Notes under the pieces: model-generated
What the model was told of the DNA's origin: nothing
The model's database searches: none
Seen by the model: the letters and a program-made list of their open reading frames with translations, nothing else
Position numbers and translations under genes: made by a program
Source: Octopus bimaculoides
Taxonomy: Eukaryota
Assembly (NCBI RefSeq): GCF_001194135.2
Contig: NC_068982.1
Coordinates: 118,588,087 to 118,633,831 of the forward strand
Direction of reading: 5' to 3'
Length of the DNA: 45,745 nt
Part shown: positions 12,876 through 26,965 of the stretch, piece after piece
How positions within the stretch are numbered: the first letter of the stretch is position 1
Layout: each line of letters opens with the position of its first letter

Positions 12876-14968
12876 ATGTTCATCTGTATACAGAGGGCGA
12901 AAAGTACGGAAAAATATATCGAGCAATATAGTAACAGCAACTTAACTTTTTTTTTATTGTGTAATGTTTGTGTATGTGCACTCGATGGTGTAAGAGGCAT
13001 GGAGGAAGCGAAGTAGAGAGAAGAGACAGAGGTTAATTTAAAAATATATAATTTGAAATTCAATCGGAAACGTGAATTTTAAAATTGGAGACATGTACAT
13101 GAAATACCGACTAATATCTCTCATATTCCGTTAGACATAAACAGATTTTCTTCTTTAATGGTGACTGAACAAGCTTTACCAACGTGAAAAATTGGCAAAT
13201 ACCACTTCTAGATGATGTATAATGTAGTACTGAAAAGACACAGTCACGCGCACACACAGACACATACATATACATATAGCTATCTATGCATCACCTATTT
13301 TGAACTGTCTTGAGATACTTGTCTGCTAATGTAATATAGTGAAGAAACGTATGATTCTATATGCGGAAGAGTTATCTTAAATAACAGCTCTCAATTGAAA
13401 TATTTTGTCAATTAAGACAATACATATGGGAGTAAGCTTATATTTAAATTCAACTGATAAATGACATAACCTTCTTTATCATTATTAACTTGCCTCTTCG
13501 TAGCATATTTTGTTCAATTGTCAGTTCTTCAGTACATATAAGAATAGAGATGGCACGGATTATTAATCCCAACATAAATGCTGATTATAATATATGTCAG
13601 GTGACAGTGTTCTATATAAAAAAAAATGTGCATAGTGTAGAGGATCTTATATGTGTTATTCTGTCAAGTGAAATAGTTCGATTGAGAGAAATTAATCCTA
13701 CTGTCAATACAAAACGACACGCTTTAATTATAAAGTACTGAAAATATCAAACACTAAAGTAATGGAGATTACAGCGATATTATTAACTAATTGATATGCG
13801 GAAAGTAATAATGGTGCATATGGTAGGGGATCTAAAATTTAATTGCAAGTTGTGAAAACAAACGGAAGTGCTTTTGTTTTATTACACCACATCAGTGAAA
13901 TATATTCTACTTAGTTGGCAAGACTGAGATGTGGTCAGTATTTATAGAATTAGAATACAGTAACGCTTGATTATAAATATCCCCAAAATGCCCAAGGAAC
14001 GGTAAATCATGCAGCCCGAAAGGGAAAATAAGATACACCAAGTCACGTTCTGTATTCTAAATATTTCAGTTAAATTACTTTATTCTCAAAATCTTTCTTT
14101 CTTGCTCGTTGCTTCCAGGTGTTCAAGCACTCTAGTTCTTTTCTACACTAGCAATCCGTCTCACTATGGTATCCATGTGATTCTCTACTATGTTTGTTAA
14201 GAACGTAGCACTCTCTCCTGAAGCATTTTCTCTCACCTATGTAGTTTATATGGTGCTTTTACCATTTTGCAGGCTAATAGAACATTGGAAAAAGACATAA
14301 TTTGAACTTTTAAAAGAATTTCATTCTAGCTGATTCATAATGGGAAATACACAAACATACACACGCATAAATCTGTATGTATATATGTTGGCATATATCT
14401 ACGCCTCTGCATATGTGTTTGATGCAGTTTTAATGTTTAAACAAGATATGGATGTTTCGCGAGTGCTTTTCCATATCAGTTAAGCGTTGTATACGATAAT
14501 GTATGATTGATCTCATAACGTATACTCTTGAACACATTCATAATCAGCATATATGCTCCAATATATGGATCAATGAATGTGGAATAAATTGATATATAAT
14601 TAATATGTGTCATCATAGTCGTAGAATACGTGAACATTGCATAGCCGTTAAACATTGCGTAGCTGTTTTCAAATCGTCTATTGATCGAAATCTAAGTCTG
14701 ATATGATTTTATTCGAAAGCCATCGAAAACCATAATAGATATGAACAATCAGAATATATTAGGTGTAGTAATAAAATATATTGAGAGAGTGTGGAAGAAA
14801 AAATAACTAATGATAAAGGTAAGCCAGTAAAGATAGCTGGAAGGATGTTGTAAGTGGAATACCTTAGAGGTTTGCTTTATGAAAGAAAGATAGATAAAGG
14901 AAACCATCTATGCATGGTTAATAAAACACAACTCAGAATATTAAAGTAATTCAAATGTACAGAACTAA

Positions 14969-15016
<48 letters not shown>

Positions 15017-15100
15017 GTGTGTGTATACATGTATATATATATATGTGTGTGTGTGTATGTATGTACATATGTATATATATATATATATATATGTAAGGGT
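14969..15100. repeat. (TA)n/(TG)n compound microsatellite
   Basis: Direct reading. Confidence 0.9.
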
Positions 15101-16104
15101 GTGTATGTATGTCTATATTAATGCACATATAGATTTATTTATATTTACATATATATTTTGATATATATATACATACATAATTATACATACGCATGCATAT
15201 ATACAAGCATTCCTCATACGCACATACATACTATCTACTCCATTGAAAGTCATGGGTCAAATACCAATAGACGTTATTTCTAGTTTCGCACATCTTTATC
15301 CACCTTATATCTATATATTCATGTATTTATACGCATACTACAAAATTTGGTACACATGCATGCACGCGTACTGACTTGAGCAGAAACACATACACGTATT
15401 CGTGTGTGGTTGCGTCTTTTTTTTTTATGCGGCACAAAATCGTCACTGACTCAAATATATGTTTAAAACATATCTAGGATTTAGAATGTAACGTTTTGAT
15501 TTACTTTCGGTTTCAAGGAGGACGGCCATATAACAAATATTTGTTAACTAACAACATGATTAATCTCGTCTTGTACAAAAAGGATAGAGAAAATAATCAC
15601 TACAAAGAAAATGTTCAATATGCTATAAGTCGAGTAGCTGATTTGCATAGCTCTTTTATGCTGAAAATCGTTAATTTGTTTTAGTATTCCAACGCGTGTG
15701 AAAATTTAGAGAAGAATATTTGACGCGCTTTCAAACAAAGAAATACAGATGATAAAAACAACTCTTCCAATAATATTTACCTATAGATTTAATAGGAATT
15801 TCAAATTGCGATAAAGAATAGATGATCCTTTAAATGCATCACAATACAGGAAATGATTCACAGCAGCTGACAATATATCATTCCTGTATTTCACACTAAC
15901 ACCCACAATCATGGTAATATGGAAAAGAAGGCATTGTTTCACACTCTGGGTACTTCATATGATTCTACAATGAGGCACTAATTTTCTCCTACACTTGATG
16001 CTTTACTTGAGTGGCAGCATCACTGCAACAAAAGTTTCGTGAGGTGAAACATGGCATAGCAATAAAATGCTTCATATAAATAAAGCGTTTTATATATGTA
16101 CGTC

Positions 16105-16372
16105 AAAACGACGGAGGAACGTTCAGCTGTTGCCGACCTAAGCAAGTAATTTATAGTGATTAAATGTATGTGCCGTACATTAGCTCACTCACTGCGTCAA
16201 GTCAGTTCTACCTGAAGAGGTGTACGGTGTACCACGCGTCAGGTGTCGAAGGCATCGCAGAGCAACGTGAGATGAAGTGTTATGCTCAAGAATACAATGC
16301 ACAACTTCGTCCGGGAATTGACAGCACTATCTCTCGTTCGTGAGTGAAAGTCCCTAGCCACTACACCATACG
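16105..16372 (-). mobile_element. tRNA-derived SINE, family E (CORE-like central segment)
   Basis: Minus strand: TGGTGTAGTGGCTAGG (A-box), GTCAATTCCCGG (degenerate B-box), TTGTATTCTTGAGCATAACACTTCATCTCACGTTGCTC (CORE-like), then ACACCTGACGCGTGGTACACCG...GAGTGAGCTAATGTACGGCAC. Single copy in the window. Confidence 0.7.

Positions 16373-16373
<1 letters not shown>

Positions 16374-16435
<62 letters not shown>
16374..16435. repeat. (CT)n microsatellite running into N-gap 16436-17005
   Basis: Direct reading. Confidence 0.95.
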
Positions 16436-17005
16436 NNNNNNNNNNNNNNNNNNNNNNNNNNNNNNNNNNNNNNNNNNNNNNNNNNNNNNNNNNNNNNNNN
16501 NNNNNNNNNNNNNNNNNNNNNNNNNNNNNNNNNNNNNNNNNNNNNNNNNNNNNNNNNNNNNNNNNNNNNNNNNNNNNNNNNNNNNNNNNNNNNNNNNNNN
16601 NNNNNNNNNNNNNNNNNNNNNNNNNNNNNNNNNNNNNNNNNNNNNNNNNNNNNNNNNNNNNNNNNNNNNNNNNNNNNNNNNNNNNNNNNNNNNNNNNNNN
16701 NNNNNNNNNNNNNNNNNNNNNNNNNNNNNNNNNNNNNNNNNNNNNNNNNNNNNNNNNNNNNNNNNNNNNNNNNNNNNNNNNNNNNNNNNNNNNNNNNNNN
16801 NNNNNNNNNNNNNNNNNNNNNNNNNNNNNNNNNNNNNNNNNNNNNNNNNNNNNNNNNNNNNNNNNNNNNNNNNNNNNNNNNNNNNNNNNNNNNNNNNNNN
16901 NNNNNNNNNNNNNNNNNNNNNNNNNNNNNNNNNNNNNNNNNNNNNNNNNNNNNNNNNNNNNNNNNNNNNNNNNNNNNNNNNNNNNNNNNNNNNNNNNNNN
17001 NNNNN

Positions 17006-17036
<31 letters not shown>

Positions 17037-17423
17037 CTTTAATGAAGATAACGGAGAAAAATTACAAGAACAAAACAACGCGACTATGTGGTATATGCAA
17101 AGTATTAAGACGCTCAGAGAAGGAAAGAATGAGTTGTTGTTTTACATGCCTATATGGGTATGTCTGTTTATATGTGTGTAAGTGTGTTTATAACCATACG
17201 TACATACATATAACGCGAGGCAGTTTTTCAGAGACTGCCATATTTATTGCTTCCCTTGTTTGGTATTTCAGTGCTTACTCGTGGCATTTTGACAAATTAT
17301 TTGAAATACATATTTTTAGCTAAATATATGTAATAATATGCAAACTATAAAATAGTACTATGTTCTTTTGCTATTTATTAATGATAGACCACTAAAGATG
17401 TACATAAAGATCAACTGAAATAT

Positions 17424-17655
17424 ATATTTCTTTATTGCCCACAAGGGCCTAAACATAGAGGAGACAAACAAAGATAGTCAAAGAGATTAATTCGATCACA
17501 TCGACCTCAGTGGGTAACTGGCACTTATTTAATCGACCCCAAGAGGATGAAAGGTAAAGTCGATCGCTGCGGAATTTGAACTCAGAACATAACGGCAGAC
17601 GAAGTACTGCTAAGCATTTCGTCCGGCGTGCTAACGAGTCTGCCAGCTCACGGCC
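17424..17655 (-). mobile_element. SINE family A, tail type 2
   Basis: Minus head GGCCGTGAGCTGGCAGACTCGTTAGCACGCCGGACGAAATGCTTAG, B-box GAGTTCAAATTCC, tail ...GGCCCTTGTGGGCAATAAAGAAATA shared with 24300-24529. Confidence 0.9.
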
Positions 17656-18784
17656 CCTACTCTAAGATTAACTAAGACATAAACCTCTGTGGTATATTGC
17701 AGTATTACACTGTATTGCAGCAGTTTTGCTGAAGTACGGATATTAAATTACTGTAAATTAATTGATTGAATTTAGTACTCAAGAATTTCGTGTGGGTGCT
17801 CTTTGTTGAATAAATGTGAATATATGGATATATACATACGTGTACTTATAGCTAATCCAACAGTTTATAAACCCGTTGTCTTTCCCTACAGATGCACTCC
17901 TTTTCTTGGGAACGGATTTTCTGTTGCCTAAATGGGCATTGCTTTACTGTGAACCTGAAAAGTAGGTGTTCAGTGCGTTCAATAGTTAAATCTAATATTT
18001 TTTTAATGTGATGAGTTGAGAGTCAGGGATAGGTTATACGATGTAATGTGAAAGGGGAAAGAAGGGACCGTATCCGCGTGTAATGATGTATGTGTAATAA
18101 CGGTGGGCAACATTTAGTCCCATCCCTCTAAGTCCAAATTCACTTGTTTCCATTGATATAGATAAAAAATTACACATATAAGCTTATGTGATATTGGTAT
18201 ATATTCCGGTTTCTACTCTGTAAAATTCAAAATGCTCTACATGATACAAGATTCCAAATATAATTAAAATTCTAAATGCAAAATGCATGTAGAGTAAAAT
18301 GTGACGTGATTTGCATTGATTCGGCGCGAAGGAGATAACAATTGATATATTAGATATTTATGACATTAAGCCAACTTAATTGTAATTGAGAATGTAAATA
18401 TGTCGCCTGCACATAAATATGTTGCCGCAAAGTTGTTACAACGAACCTGAGTAGCATATATTTAATCGATTTTTCCTCTATACCAACTGTGATATGTATC
18501 ATGTTGGAGTTTTTCTTGGTGCTTTTAAAATTCATTTTTGTATTTTAATAGCTGTCTTGTACAAGATCAATTTTTGTCTACAGTCATTAGAGTAAGTGTG
18601 CAGTGTAAATGGGTCTGTGGTTACGTTTGTTTTAGTCGGTTATGGTGGTGAATAAGATGTGCTATGTTTATTACTGTGGTGTTTTCTGGGTGTAGCTGAA
18701 GAGTTGTTGGGAGTAAAGAGCTGTAAGAAAAGATCAAACTTTGCTGATTTGAATTACTGGTTCCGTTATGACTGGAGGATATTA

Positions 18785-20040
18785 TTAGGCCGTCAAGTAT
18801 GAAATTTATAGTAAGTTTCTCATCTTGCGCCATTATTATATTTTGACAATAATTTTTGATAGAAAACTGACACATCTATTTCTTTATTATAACTCATTTT
18901 GAGCTTTATAAAGTATTTATAAATGATTTTGCTATTTTTGTTTAGAGATGGATAAGTCGAAAATTCGTACAGTCTTGAAGTATGAGTTCTTTCGTGGAAA
19001 TACAGCATCACAGACAGCTCGGAATATTAATGGAGTATGTCATTCTAATGTTATTACACAGCAGACAGTATCAAATTGGTTCGCAAAATTTCGTTCTGGT
19101 AACTATTACCTCACAAATGAGCAACACAGTCGACCAGAAACAAAGGTGGATAATGACGAACTGAAAGCCACCGTCAAGCAGATCCATCACAAAGTGCCCG
19201 CGAATTATCGTTGTTCTTTGGTGTTAGCAAGCAAACAAAATTGACAAACCTAGTTAAAATCGGTAAAGTGAAAAATTTGGATAAGTGGGTTCTACAAGAA
19301 CACAATGAAAATCAGAAACACTAGCGTTAGAAAGCCTGCAGTGTGCTACGTTATCGTCACAAAAATGTATCATTTTTTAATCGAATTGTAATATGTGATG
19401 AGCAATGGACCCGATACAACAGCTGTAAACGTTCAGCACAATGATTGGACAAATACGAGCCACCTTAAAACAGTCCAAATATCCAAATTCTTCAAAAGAA
19501 GCTGATGGTATGCGTTTGGTGGTCTGGCGCAGGTGTGATCCATTATGATTTCATTTAACCTGGCTCATCAATCACGGCTGAAGTATACTGCAGCCAACTG
19601 GACCAAATGATGCAGAAACTTACAAAAATACGGCCTTGTTTATTCAACAGATCCATTACTATTTTACTGCAATAAAACGCCAGACCACACATCACAAATA
19701 TGACATTGGCGAAACCACAGGAGTTGGAGTTGGAAGTTCTCTACCATCCACCATACTCACCTGATCTTGTTCCCACTGACTACCACTTCTTCCAGAATTT
19801 GGATAGCGCTTTGATAGGAAAAACGTTAATTCCGACGATGCTCTAAAACAGGCCTTCCAAGATTTTATTGACTCTAGATTGCCACGCTTTTACAGTTCCG
19901 GGCTGGACAAGCTACTGCTGAAATGGTAAAAGTGTATTGCCAATGTGGGTGCATACTTTGATGAATATAAATATTCCTTGTATTTATAAAACATTACCAA
20001 ACTTTTTTTTTTTCTACATATTTCATACTTGACGACCTAA
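18785..20040 (+). mobile_element. Full-length mariner (D,D34D) DNA transposon with TIRs; transposase pseudogene
   Basis: Left TIR TTAGGCCGTCAAGTATGAAAT (18785-18805, preceded by TA); right TIR reverse complement TTAGGTCGTCAAGTATGAAAT (20020-20040): 20/21 match, extendable to 24/27. Transposase from 18948: MDKSKIRTVLKYEF HTH, ICDEQW, KKLMVCVWW, *NARPH, HPPYSPDLVPTDY, with 34 residues between the 2nd and 3rd catalytic positions. Several stops and frameshifts. Confidence 0.95.
18948..19970 (+). pseudogene. Mariner transposase pseudogene (Hsmar1/cecropia-like by N-terminal resemblance)
   Basis: Motifs as above; second catalytic Asp position reads TAA; ends KCIANVGAYFDEY. Confidence 0.9.
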
Positions 20041-21049
20041 TTGATACTTTGTAATATAAAATGATTTCTATATGGTGTAGCTGTGTCCTATCTATTACTT
20101 TATATTCAGTGCATTTACTGACTAAGTGAACATATTTAACTTCTTTCTTTAACATACATATCTGCTACATCGAACCATTATGTTTGTTTTGATTTATTCG
20201 CATTACTCTTGATGTTTTTTTTGGGGAGGCGGAGTAGCAAATAAACAGTCCCACGATACTTTTAAAAGCATGTAGGCTTAGATAATTTACGCTTTCTAGG
20301 TAATTGTAATTTTGAATGGACCGTATGCTGTACAGTTTCTTAAATCTATACATAGTATACCATTACAAATATAAATATATTTAACTTGTGCCTTCTGTGA
20401 CGGAGAAATTACCCCTGTATAGAAGGTTCTTGTGATAAATCATTTGTTGTCCAGCGGATCGTATTTAGATGACACATAGGTGCATAGGTTTGAGGAGCAT
20501 TACTTGAGTTCATATTTTTATTGAATGTGAAGATCCGGAAACCTACATTATGAAGGATATTTTTGCTAAATTTTAACAGTATTTCTATTTTAGCTCAATG
20601 TCACAAGCATTTGATATGCCATTCCTGACCTCCACAATGCTAAGTCAATATAAACTGTGTTATATTCTACTCCACACACAGGTATTCTTGGAAATATGGA
20701 CATATACATATATATATATGCATGCTTCTACAAAATACATCAGGACTTGCTCAGAGGATGGAATGTGACCTCATTCCTTATTAAAGGAATCGTTTGTGCT
20801 GTTTCCTATAGAAAGAATGACTGGAACTCATAGAGCTAATGAAATTCATCATAAAACGCAAGCTCAAGGTGGCTCTGGCTGACCGCAAGTGAACTACATG
20901 ATCAGTAGTCCTCGCCGCTTTATTCAGGCGGAACGTACGAGCTAAGGAAGGATTTCCAACGTTGCTGGACTGTGATGTATTTAAACATGCTAGTAAAACA
21001 TATCATTAGACCCAACAGCTTCTGTATGCAGAAAAGCAAACGTGATGTA

Positions 21050-21103
<54 letters not shown>

Positions 21104-21240
21104 GGGAGAATTTACGAAAAAAACAACAGACGAAGACAGGCGGTGTAAACAACAAATGGACNNNNNNNNNNNNNNNNNNNNNNNNNNNNNNNNNNNNNNN
21201 NNNNNNNNNNNNNNNNNNNNNNNNNNNNNNNNNNNNNNNN

Positions 21241-21273
<33 letters not shown>

Positions 21274-21392
21274 GCACGCACACATGCGCCCGCGCGCAAA
21301 CACACAAACACACACACACAGACACATACACACGTATCCATATCTATATGTGTACATGTATAGATACGTATAATTATATATGTGTGTACATG

Positions 21393-21423
<31 letters not shown>

Positions 21424-21425
21424 TA
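21050..21425. repeat. (CA)n, (TA)n, (TATG)n microsatellites around N-gap 21162-21240
   Basis: Direct reading. Confidence 0.9.
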
Positions 21426-21639
21426 GCGTAAGAGGCAGTATCATTAGCGGGTGGTAATGTTTGTACCCACTTAAATTTGGGTGCTCTGTTAAACTGACTA
21501 TGTGCATTGCAGCAGATACCAGGAGAGAAACTCTCATATTTGCTTTTAATGAAAAATGCTCGTTTCTATCGCCAGCAAATAGATAAACTCAATATGAGAG
21601 TCTCTGTTGTGGTGTCTACCGCAGTAAAGACTACTGTAA

Positions 21640-21835
21640 GAGAATACGCACGCACACAGACACGCACTCACACACGCACGCACACACACGCACACTCATG
21701 CACACACATATATCTACATATATGCGTATATTTATATATAGGTATCTACTTATACATAAAGATATACAAATATACATACCTGTATTATTATTTTTCTACA
21801 TATATACGCGTGTGTCTATTTCTATGTGTTTGTGT

Positions 21836-21895
<60 letters not shown>

Positions 21896-21900
21896 TTGTG
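21640..21900. repeat. (CA)n ... (TG)n compound microsatellite
   Basis: Direct reading. Confidence 0.85.
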
Positions 21901-22789
21901 TTGTGTTTACTACCTTCCATATAAAAATATGAATATTTGTCAACGTGTCTCTGTGTTTCTATTCGTAATCGTTTTATGGCGAGTGTGAATTTTGCAAACC
22001 AATTAATCGCGAAGGGATGGAGTTGATTCTAAAATCGTTATAGTCATTATAAATTTAAACTTTTTAAACATTTCTTCTACAATAAAAAAAACTTCATTAG
22101 AGTCACTTCACTAATGAAAGAAACAAAAATACATGAAATATCGATAAGTGTCTTTGTTAACAATAAAAATAGAAAGTAAAATAAGATGCTCTGCAGATGA
22201 AGAATTATTAAATAACAATAACAGTATATTAAAAATCGCAATTCTAATGTGAATGATAGAGAGAAATACAACAATATCAATAAACATAATGTTGCTACAC
22301 CATCTACAGCTACTAACTGTAATAACAATAATAGAGAGGAGAAAAAATGAACAAAGATTGAGGAGGAGGAGATGTTTTCGATGATTGTTTTGTGTGATTG
22401 CAATTTGTATGTAGATGCTAGTGATTGCAATGGCTATGACGGTGACGATGCTGACGATAATTATTTCGATCATGGTGGTGGTGATATATGGACGGTTAGT
22501 TGGTCGATACATATTTTTTCCTGAACAGTTATTGCTATTTTTTTCTTGCTTTTTTGTGTGTGTACTTGTTCGCTGAAATATAAATAATTGATTGCCAACT
22601 ACTGAGATGTTTCTAATTATTTGCAAACAATTTTATGTTATCCCCCACTAGTTTCGCCGGTAAATGTAATATGTTTCAATACAAACGAGGGGAAAACATC
22701 GACAGAAAGAAGCAATAATGCACTTTAGGTATATTGTGTGATTAGCTCTGAGATCCAAATACTGATGGTATTAGGTGTTTCTCGTACAT

Positions 22790-22940
22790 CCACTCACACA
22801 CACACACACACACATACACACACACATACATACACACACGCATACACATACACACACACACACACACTCATACTTAGGGCCACCACATATCTATCTATTT
22901 ACTCATCTACCCATCTATATATGTGCTTGTGCATGTGTGC

Positions 22941-22975
<35 letters not shown>

Positions 22976-23060
22976 CGTGTGTCTGTGTCTGTGTGTTTAT
23001 AATGTGTACACGTTTGCGTGCTTATGTCTGTGCATGCATTTGCGTCTGCGTATGCATGTA
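22790..23060. repeat. (CA)n followed by (TG)n microsatellites
   Basis: Direct reading. Confidence 0.85.
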
Positions 23061-23864
23061 CGCCCAACGCACCTCAGATTTCCACCGGGAAGAGATTATT
23101 GATTGCGTGACATGTGTATATTATTACTTAGAAAGAATCAGAGCGAAACTTCATAACCAGAATGTCACGATTATATGAAAGATGCCTATGTACGTGTAAA
23201 TATAATAAAATTAATTATGCCAAATCCCTGCCGCGTGAAAAACTTTCATCGCTGTCAGGTGATTTACAATTCATAACTAACCCTTCCAGCAATAAAGAGC
23301 TACCTATAATTTAGAAAATAATGCATGTCAATCACGTATAATTTAATTCCTAATAAATTAAGATAGTGAAATAATTTGAAGATATATCACAGGTATCGAA
23401 ACTTCAGTTGTATGTTTATAGGATTTTGTTTGTAGAAATACACACAAAGATAGAAACTTTTAGAGTAATTCCGATGCTGAATCACATCATAAGAAGTATT
23501 CATAAACAAACTTGTGGCCTAACAACACTGATGACAATAAGCCTTAGCAGACGATGGTACTTGAGATAACAGAATCGTTGCAAATTAAACGTATTTAAAC
23601 CGAGAAGCTTTCGGGATATGAGAAAAACAGATGCTATCAAGATCTGATTAATAGTACACATTTTCTCCCTTTGTATGGAAAGCAATCTGCGTTACTTTCT
23701 GAAGTTAATAAACAAATCCCATTTTCTTATCAACATTCTCTTCGTAACTGATAATCCGAAAGAAAATCATATAACAATATTTATTTCATTTACATCTCTG
23801 AAATTTGAAAAAAATGATATATAAAATAATCAGTTGTCACTGAAATTGAAATACTTATATATTA

Positions 23865-23960
23865 AGTCATGTATTTATTGTGTAGATCTCTTTTGTGGAA
23901 ACTCTAAATTACAGGGATGTAAACAGAGTAACACCACTAGACAATCGGTTGGCGCTCAAA
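23865..23960 (-). mobile_element. SINE family B 3'-half remnant next to microsatellite 23975-24125
   Basis: Plus GATCTCTTTTGTGGAAACTCTAAATTACAGGGATGTAAACAGAGTAACACC resembles 6478-6510 and 8385-8430. Confidence 0.6.
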
Positions 23961-24299
23961 TATCGTATGGTGCACATACATACATACATACATACATGCA
24001 TGCATACATACACACAAGAAGTCACAGACATAGATACAGAAACTCACACACAAACTCATACACACTCACACACACACATACACACACACCACACACTCAC
24101 ACACATACACACACACATATATATGCGCGCTGTGACGCGCAACAACGAGCCACGATCGAGTTTAGCAGTAATTCCCACACTCGACACATGTATCCAGTGT
24201 GTTACAACACGTGACAGGAAACCATGGAATAGGTAAATCAGTGGAATAATATACGGAGAACATATGACATACTATACTTTAAAAAACCTACGGAAATAG

Positions 24300-24529
24300 C
24301 ATCCCGGTAGGCAGAGGCGTTAGTACGCCGGACGAAATGCTTAGCGGTATTTCGCCTGCCACAGCGTTCTGAGTTCAAATTCCGCTGAGGTCGACTTAGC
24401 CTTTCATCCTTTCGGGGTCGATTAAATAAATACCAGTTACGCACTGGGGTCGATATAATCGACTTAATCTGTTTGTCTGTCCTTGTTTGTCCCCTCTGTG
24501 TGTAGCCCCTTGTGGGCAGTAAAGAAATA
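24300..24529 (+). mobile_element. SINE family A, tail type 2
   Basis: GGCAGAGGCGTTAGTACGCCGGACGAAATGCTTAGCGG, GAGTTCAAATTCC, GCCTTTCATCCTTTCGGGGTCGATTAAATAAATACCAG, tail CCCCTTGTGGGCAGTAAAGAAATA. Confidence 0.92.
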
Positions 24530-24689
24530 GGTATATAAACTTGCTTGTTGAAACATTTTAATGCGCTATCTCTTCATATAAACAAAAGTAATGAAATACT
24601 TATAATATATTCCTGTTATCGAAATTGTGAATAACACCAGTTGCATAATAAATATTATTGATGTTGGTATTATTATAGTTATTCTTAAA

Positions 24690-24888
24690 GTTGCGAGATG
24701 GCAGAATCGTTACCGTGATTTGATTAATAACATTTCCTGCGTCTACGTTTGAGTTCAAATGCCGCTGAGGGCGACTTTGCCTTTCGTCCCTCCAGGGTGG
24801 ATATAATAATTACCAGGTCAGCATTGGAGTCGATGTAATCGACTTACACCCTCCTGTAAAAATACTGGTCTTGTGCCAAAATTTGAAA
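24690..24888 (+). mobile_element. SINE family A, tail type 1
   Basis: GAGATGGCAGAATCGTTA, GAGTTCAAATGCC, GAGTCGATGTAATCGAC, tail GGTCTTGTGCCAAAATTTGAAA followed by (ATT). Confidence 0.85.
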
Positions 24889-26159
24889 GTATTATTACTG
24901 TTATTCCTTCCCCCGTCCTAATTTCTCATTGTAATGCCCACTTAGATATGGAAACGCGCAGCTTTCAACTTTAGCGTTCTGTTTGTTTATCTAGAAAGAC
25001 CTAGACTTTACAGAGTATTTTCGATAAATTTGTTTTGAATATTAGTCAGGACATCCAAAGTATCGTGTACATTTTTCACGTAATCCAGGACAACTGTCTG
25101 ATGGGTACGTGAATATGTAATTTCAAAATGATCGTCGTATTTTAGTGGCAAAATACAGCCTGCAAACGTCAACTTGTAATTATCTACGTGGTTATGTCAT
25201 GCTAACAAATTTGGTTGACGTTAAAATATTTGTCATCACTTTCTTTTTTTAATATGAAGTCTCAATCTACGTATTCGTACAGTGTACACTAGCACAAGTT
25301 ACTCGAAATCTTTAAATGTTCCCTATTGTGTAATATATGATCGTAGCTTTTACAGATCTAAAGATGATTATAGATTCCATCTACACATTGCAACGACTGA
25401 GTAGTCAGCTACAGACCGCGCAAGTCTAGTCGATATAGAAATATATTTAGCTTATCTCAGAAACATAAAAAAAGAAACAAAGAAAGAAGAAAATGGAAAT
25501 AAAAACGAAAAATAGCAAAGAAAAGAAAACGTAAAAATCTTCTTCTCACACGTTATGAAACATACAAGAAATACACTATATAGCAACCAATTTATATAAC
25601 CAAAACTAAAAACACCCTACAGATATAATCGATGAATCTCTACTATCAGATAACAAAATTTAATAACAAGAAAGATATTCGTTTATCTATTGTTTCATTT
25701 TTTTCACTTTTCTATAATTTGAGATAGTAAAAGTTCATTCTATCATATCTGGATCAACCAAGCGAAAATCTAAGTCTTACATCTTAAATGAGTTAACAAG
25801 TATTATGCAATATATTGCTGAAATAATATTACAGCGTGATCCTTTCAGGAGCAATGTTTATCCAGGCCACTGTTTTTCGCATTCCTTTAAAATCCCTAAC
25901 TTACATTAATTTTGATGTTTCTGTCATTGTGTGTGGCTATTTGGTCCGTGCACTTGGACTTTTTACAACATAATTCTTCGTGAGGCACTTTACATTAAGA
26001 CATTTCTTGATGATTTATGTTAGATTTGGTAATTCAGAGTTATTTCACACAAATGTTATCGAATGATGTATCATCCTACGATAACAGATCGGAGTATCTC
26101 AACAGCCTGATGTTACAGGATGACTGGCTACCTAGGCAAAAGTGTCTCTCATGTCTGTA

Positions 26160-26466
26160 TGTATGTACGCACACACTCACACTCACACACACATGCACAT
26201 ACAGACACTCACAAATAAGTCTACATATATTATATAGATTATATGCACAAACATTCATATATATATACATATATATGTATATATATATATATATATATNN
26301 NNNNNNNNNNNNNNNNNNNNNNNNNNNNNNNNNNNNNNNNNNNNNNNNNNNNNNNNNNNNNNNNNNNNNNNNNNNNNNNNNNNNNNNNNNNNNNNNNNNN
26401 NNNNNNNNNNNNNNNNNNNNNNNNNNNNNNNNNNNNNNNNNNNNNNNNNNNNNNNNNNNNNNNNNN

Positions 26467-26528
<62 letters not shown>

Positions 26529-26610
26529 CGTATGTATGTACGTATGTATGTGTGTATGTACGTATGTATGGTGACTTTGAAATATTCTTTGAAATATATA
26601 TGTGTATGTA

Positions 26611-26660
<50 letters not shown>

Positions 26661-26670
26661 TATATGGATG
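26160..26670. repeat. (CA)/(TA)/(TATG)/(TG) microsatellites around N-gap 26299-26466
   Basis: Direct reading. Confidence 0.9.
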
Positions 26671-26769
26671 CATGTATAACTAAAACTATTTCTATCCACT
26701 GAGAAATTACTCATTACACTTACACAGTATCATTTAAAAAAATATTCGGAGGATTGTGATTTTGGTTGG

Positions 26770-26965
26770 TACGTCGGCCGGACAAAATGCTTCGAGACAT
26801 CTTTTCTGTCTTTATGGTTCAAATTCCACCGAGGTGGATGTAGATTTCCTTCCTTTCCGAGTCGATTAAATAAATACAAGTTGTGCACTACGATGAATGT
26901 AATCCACAAGCTCCACCCAACAGTTAAAATTTCAGGCCTTGTACATATAACAGAAAGGATTATTA
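26770..26965 (+). mobile_element. SINE family A, degraded, tail type 1
   Basis: CCGGACAAAATGCTT, GGTTCAAATTCCACCGAGG, CCTTTCCGAGTCGATTAAATAAATAC, AAAATTTCAGGCCTTGT. Confidence 0.75.

Noticed and set aside
21103-21161. GGGAGAATTTACGAAAAAAACAACAGACGAAGACAGG, reminiscent of an octopus repeat terminus
   Set aside because: Cut off by a gap and without a clear second copy in the window, so it cannot be classified.
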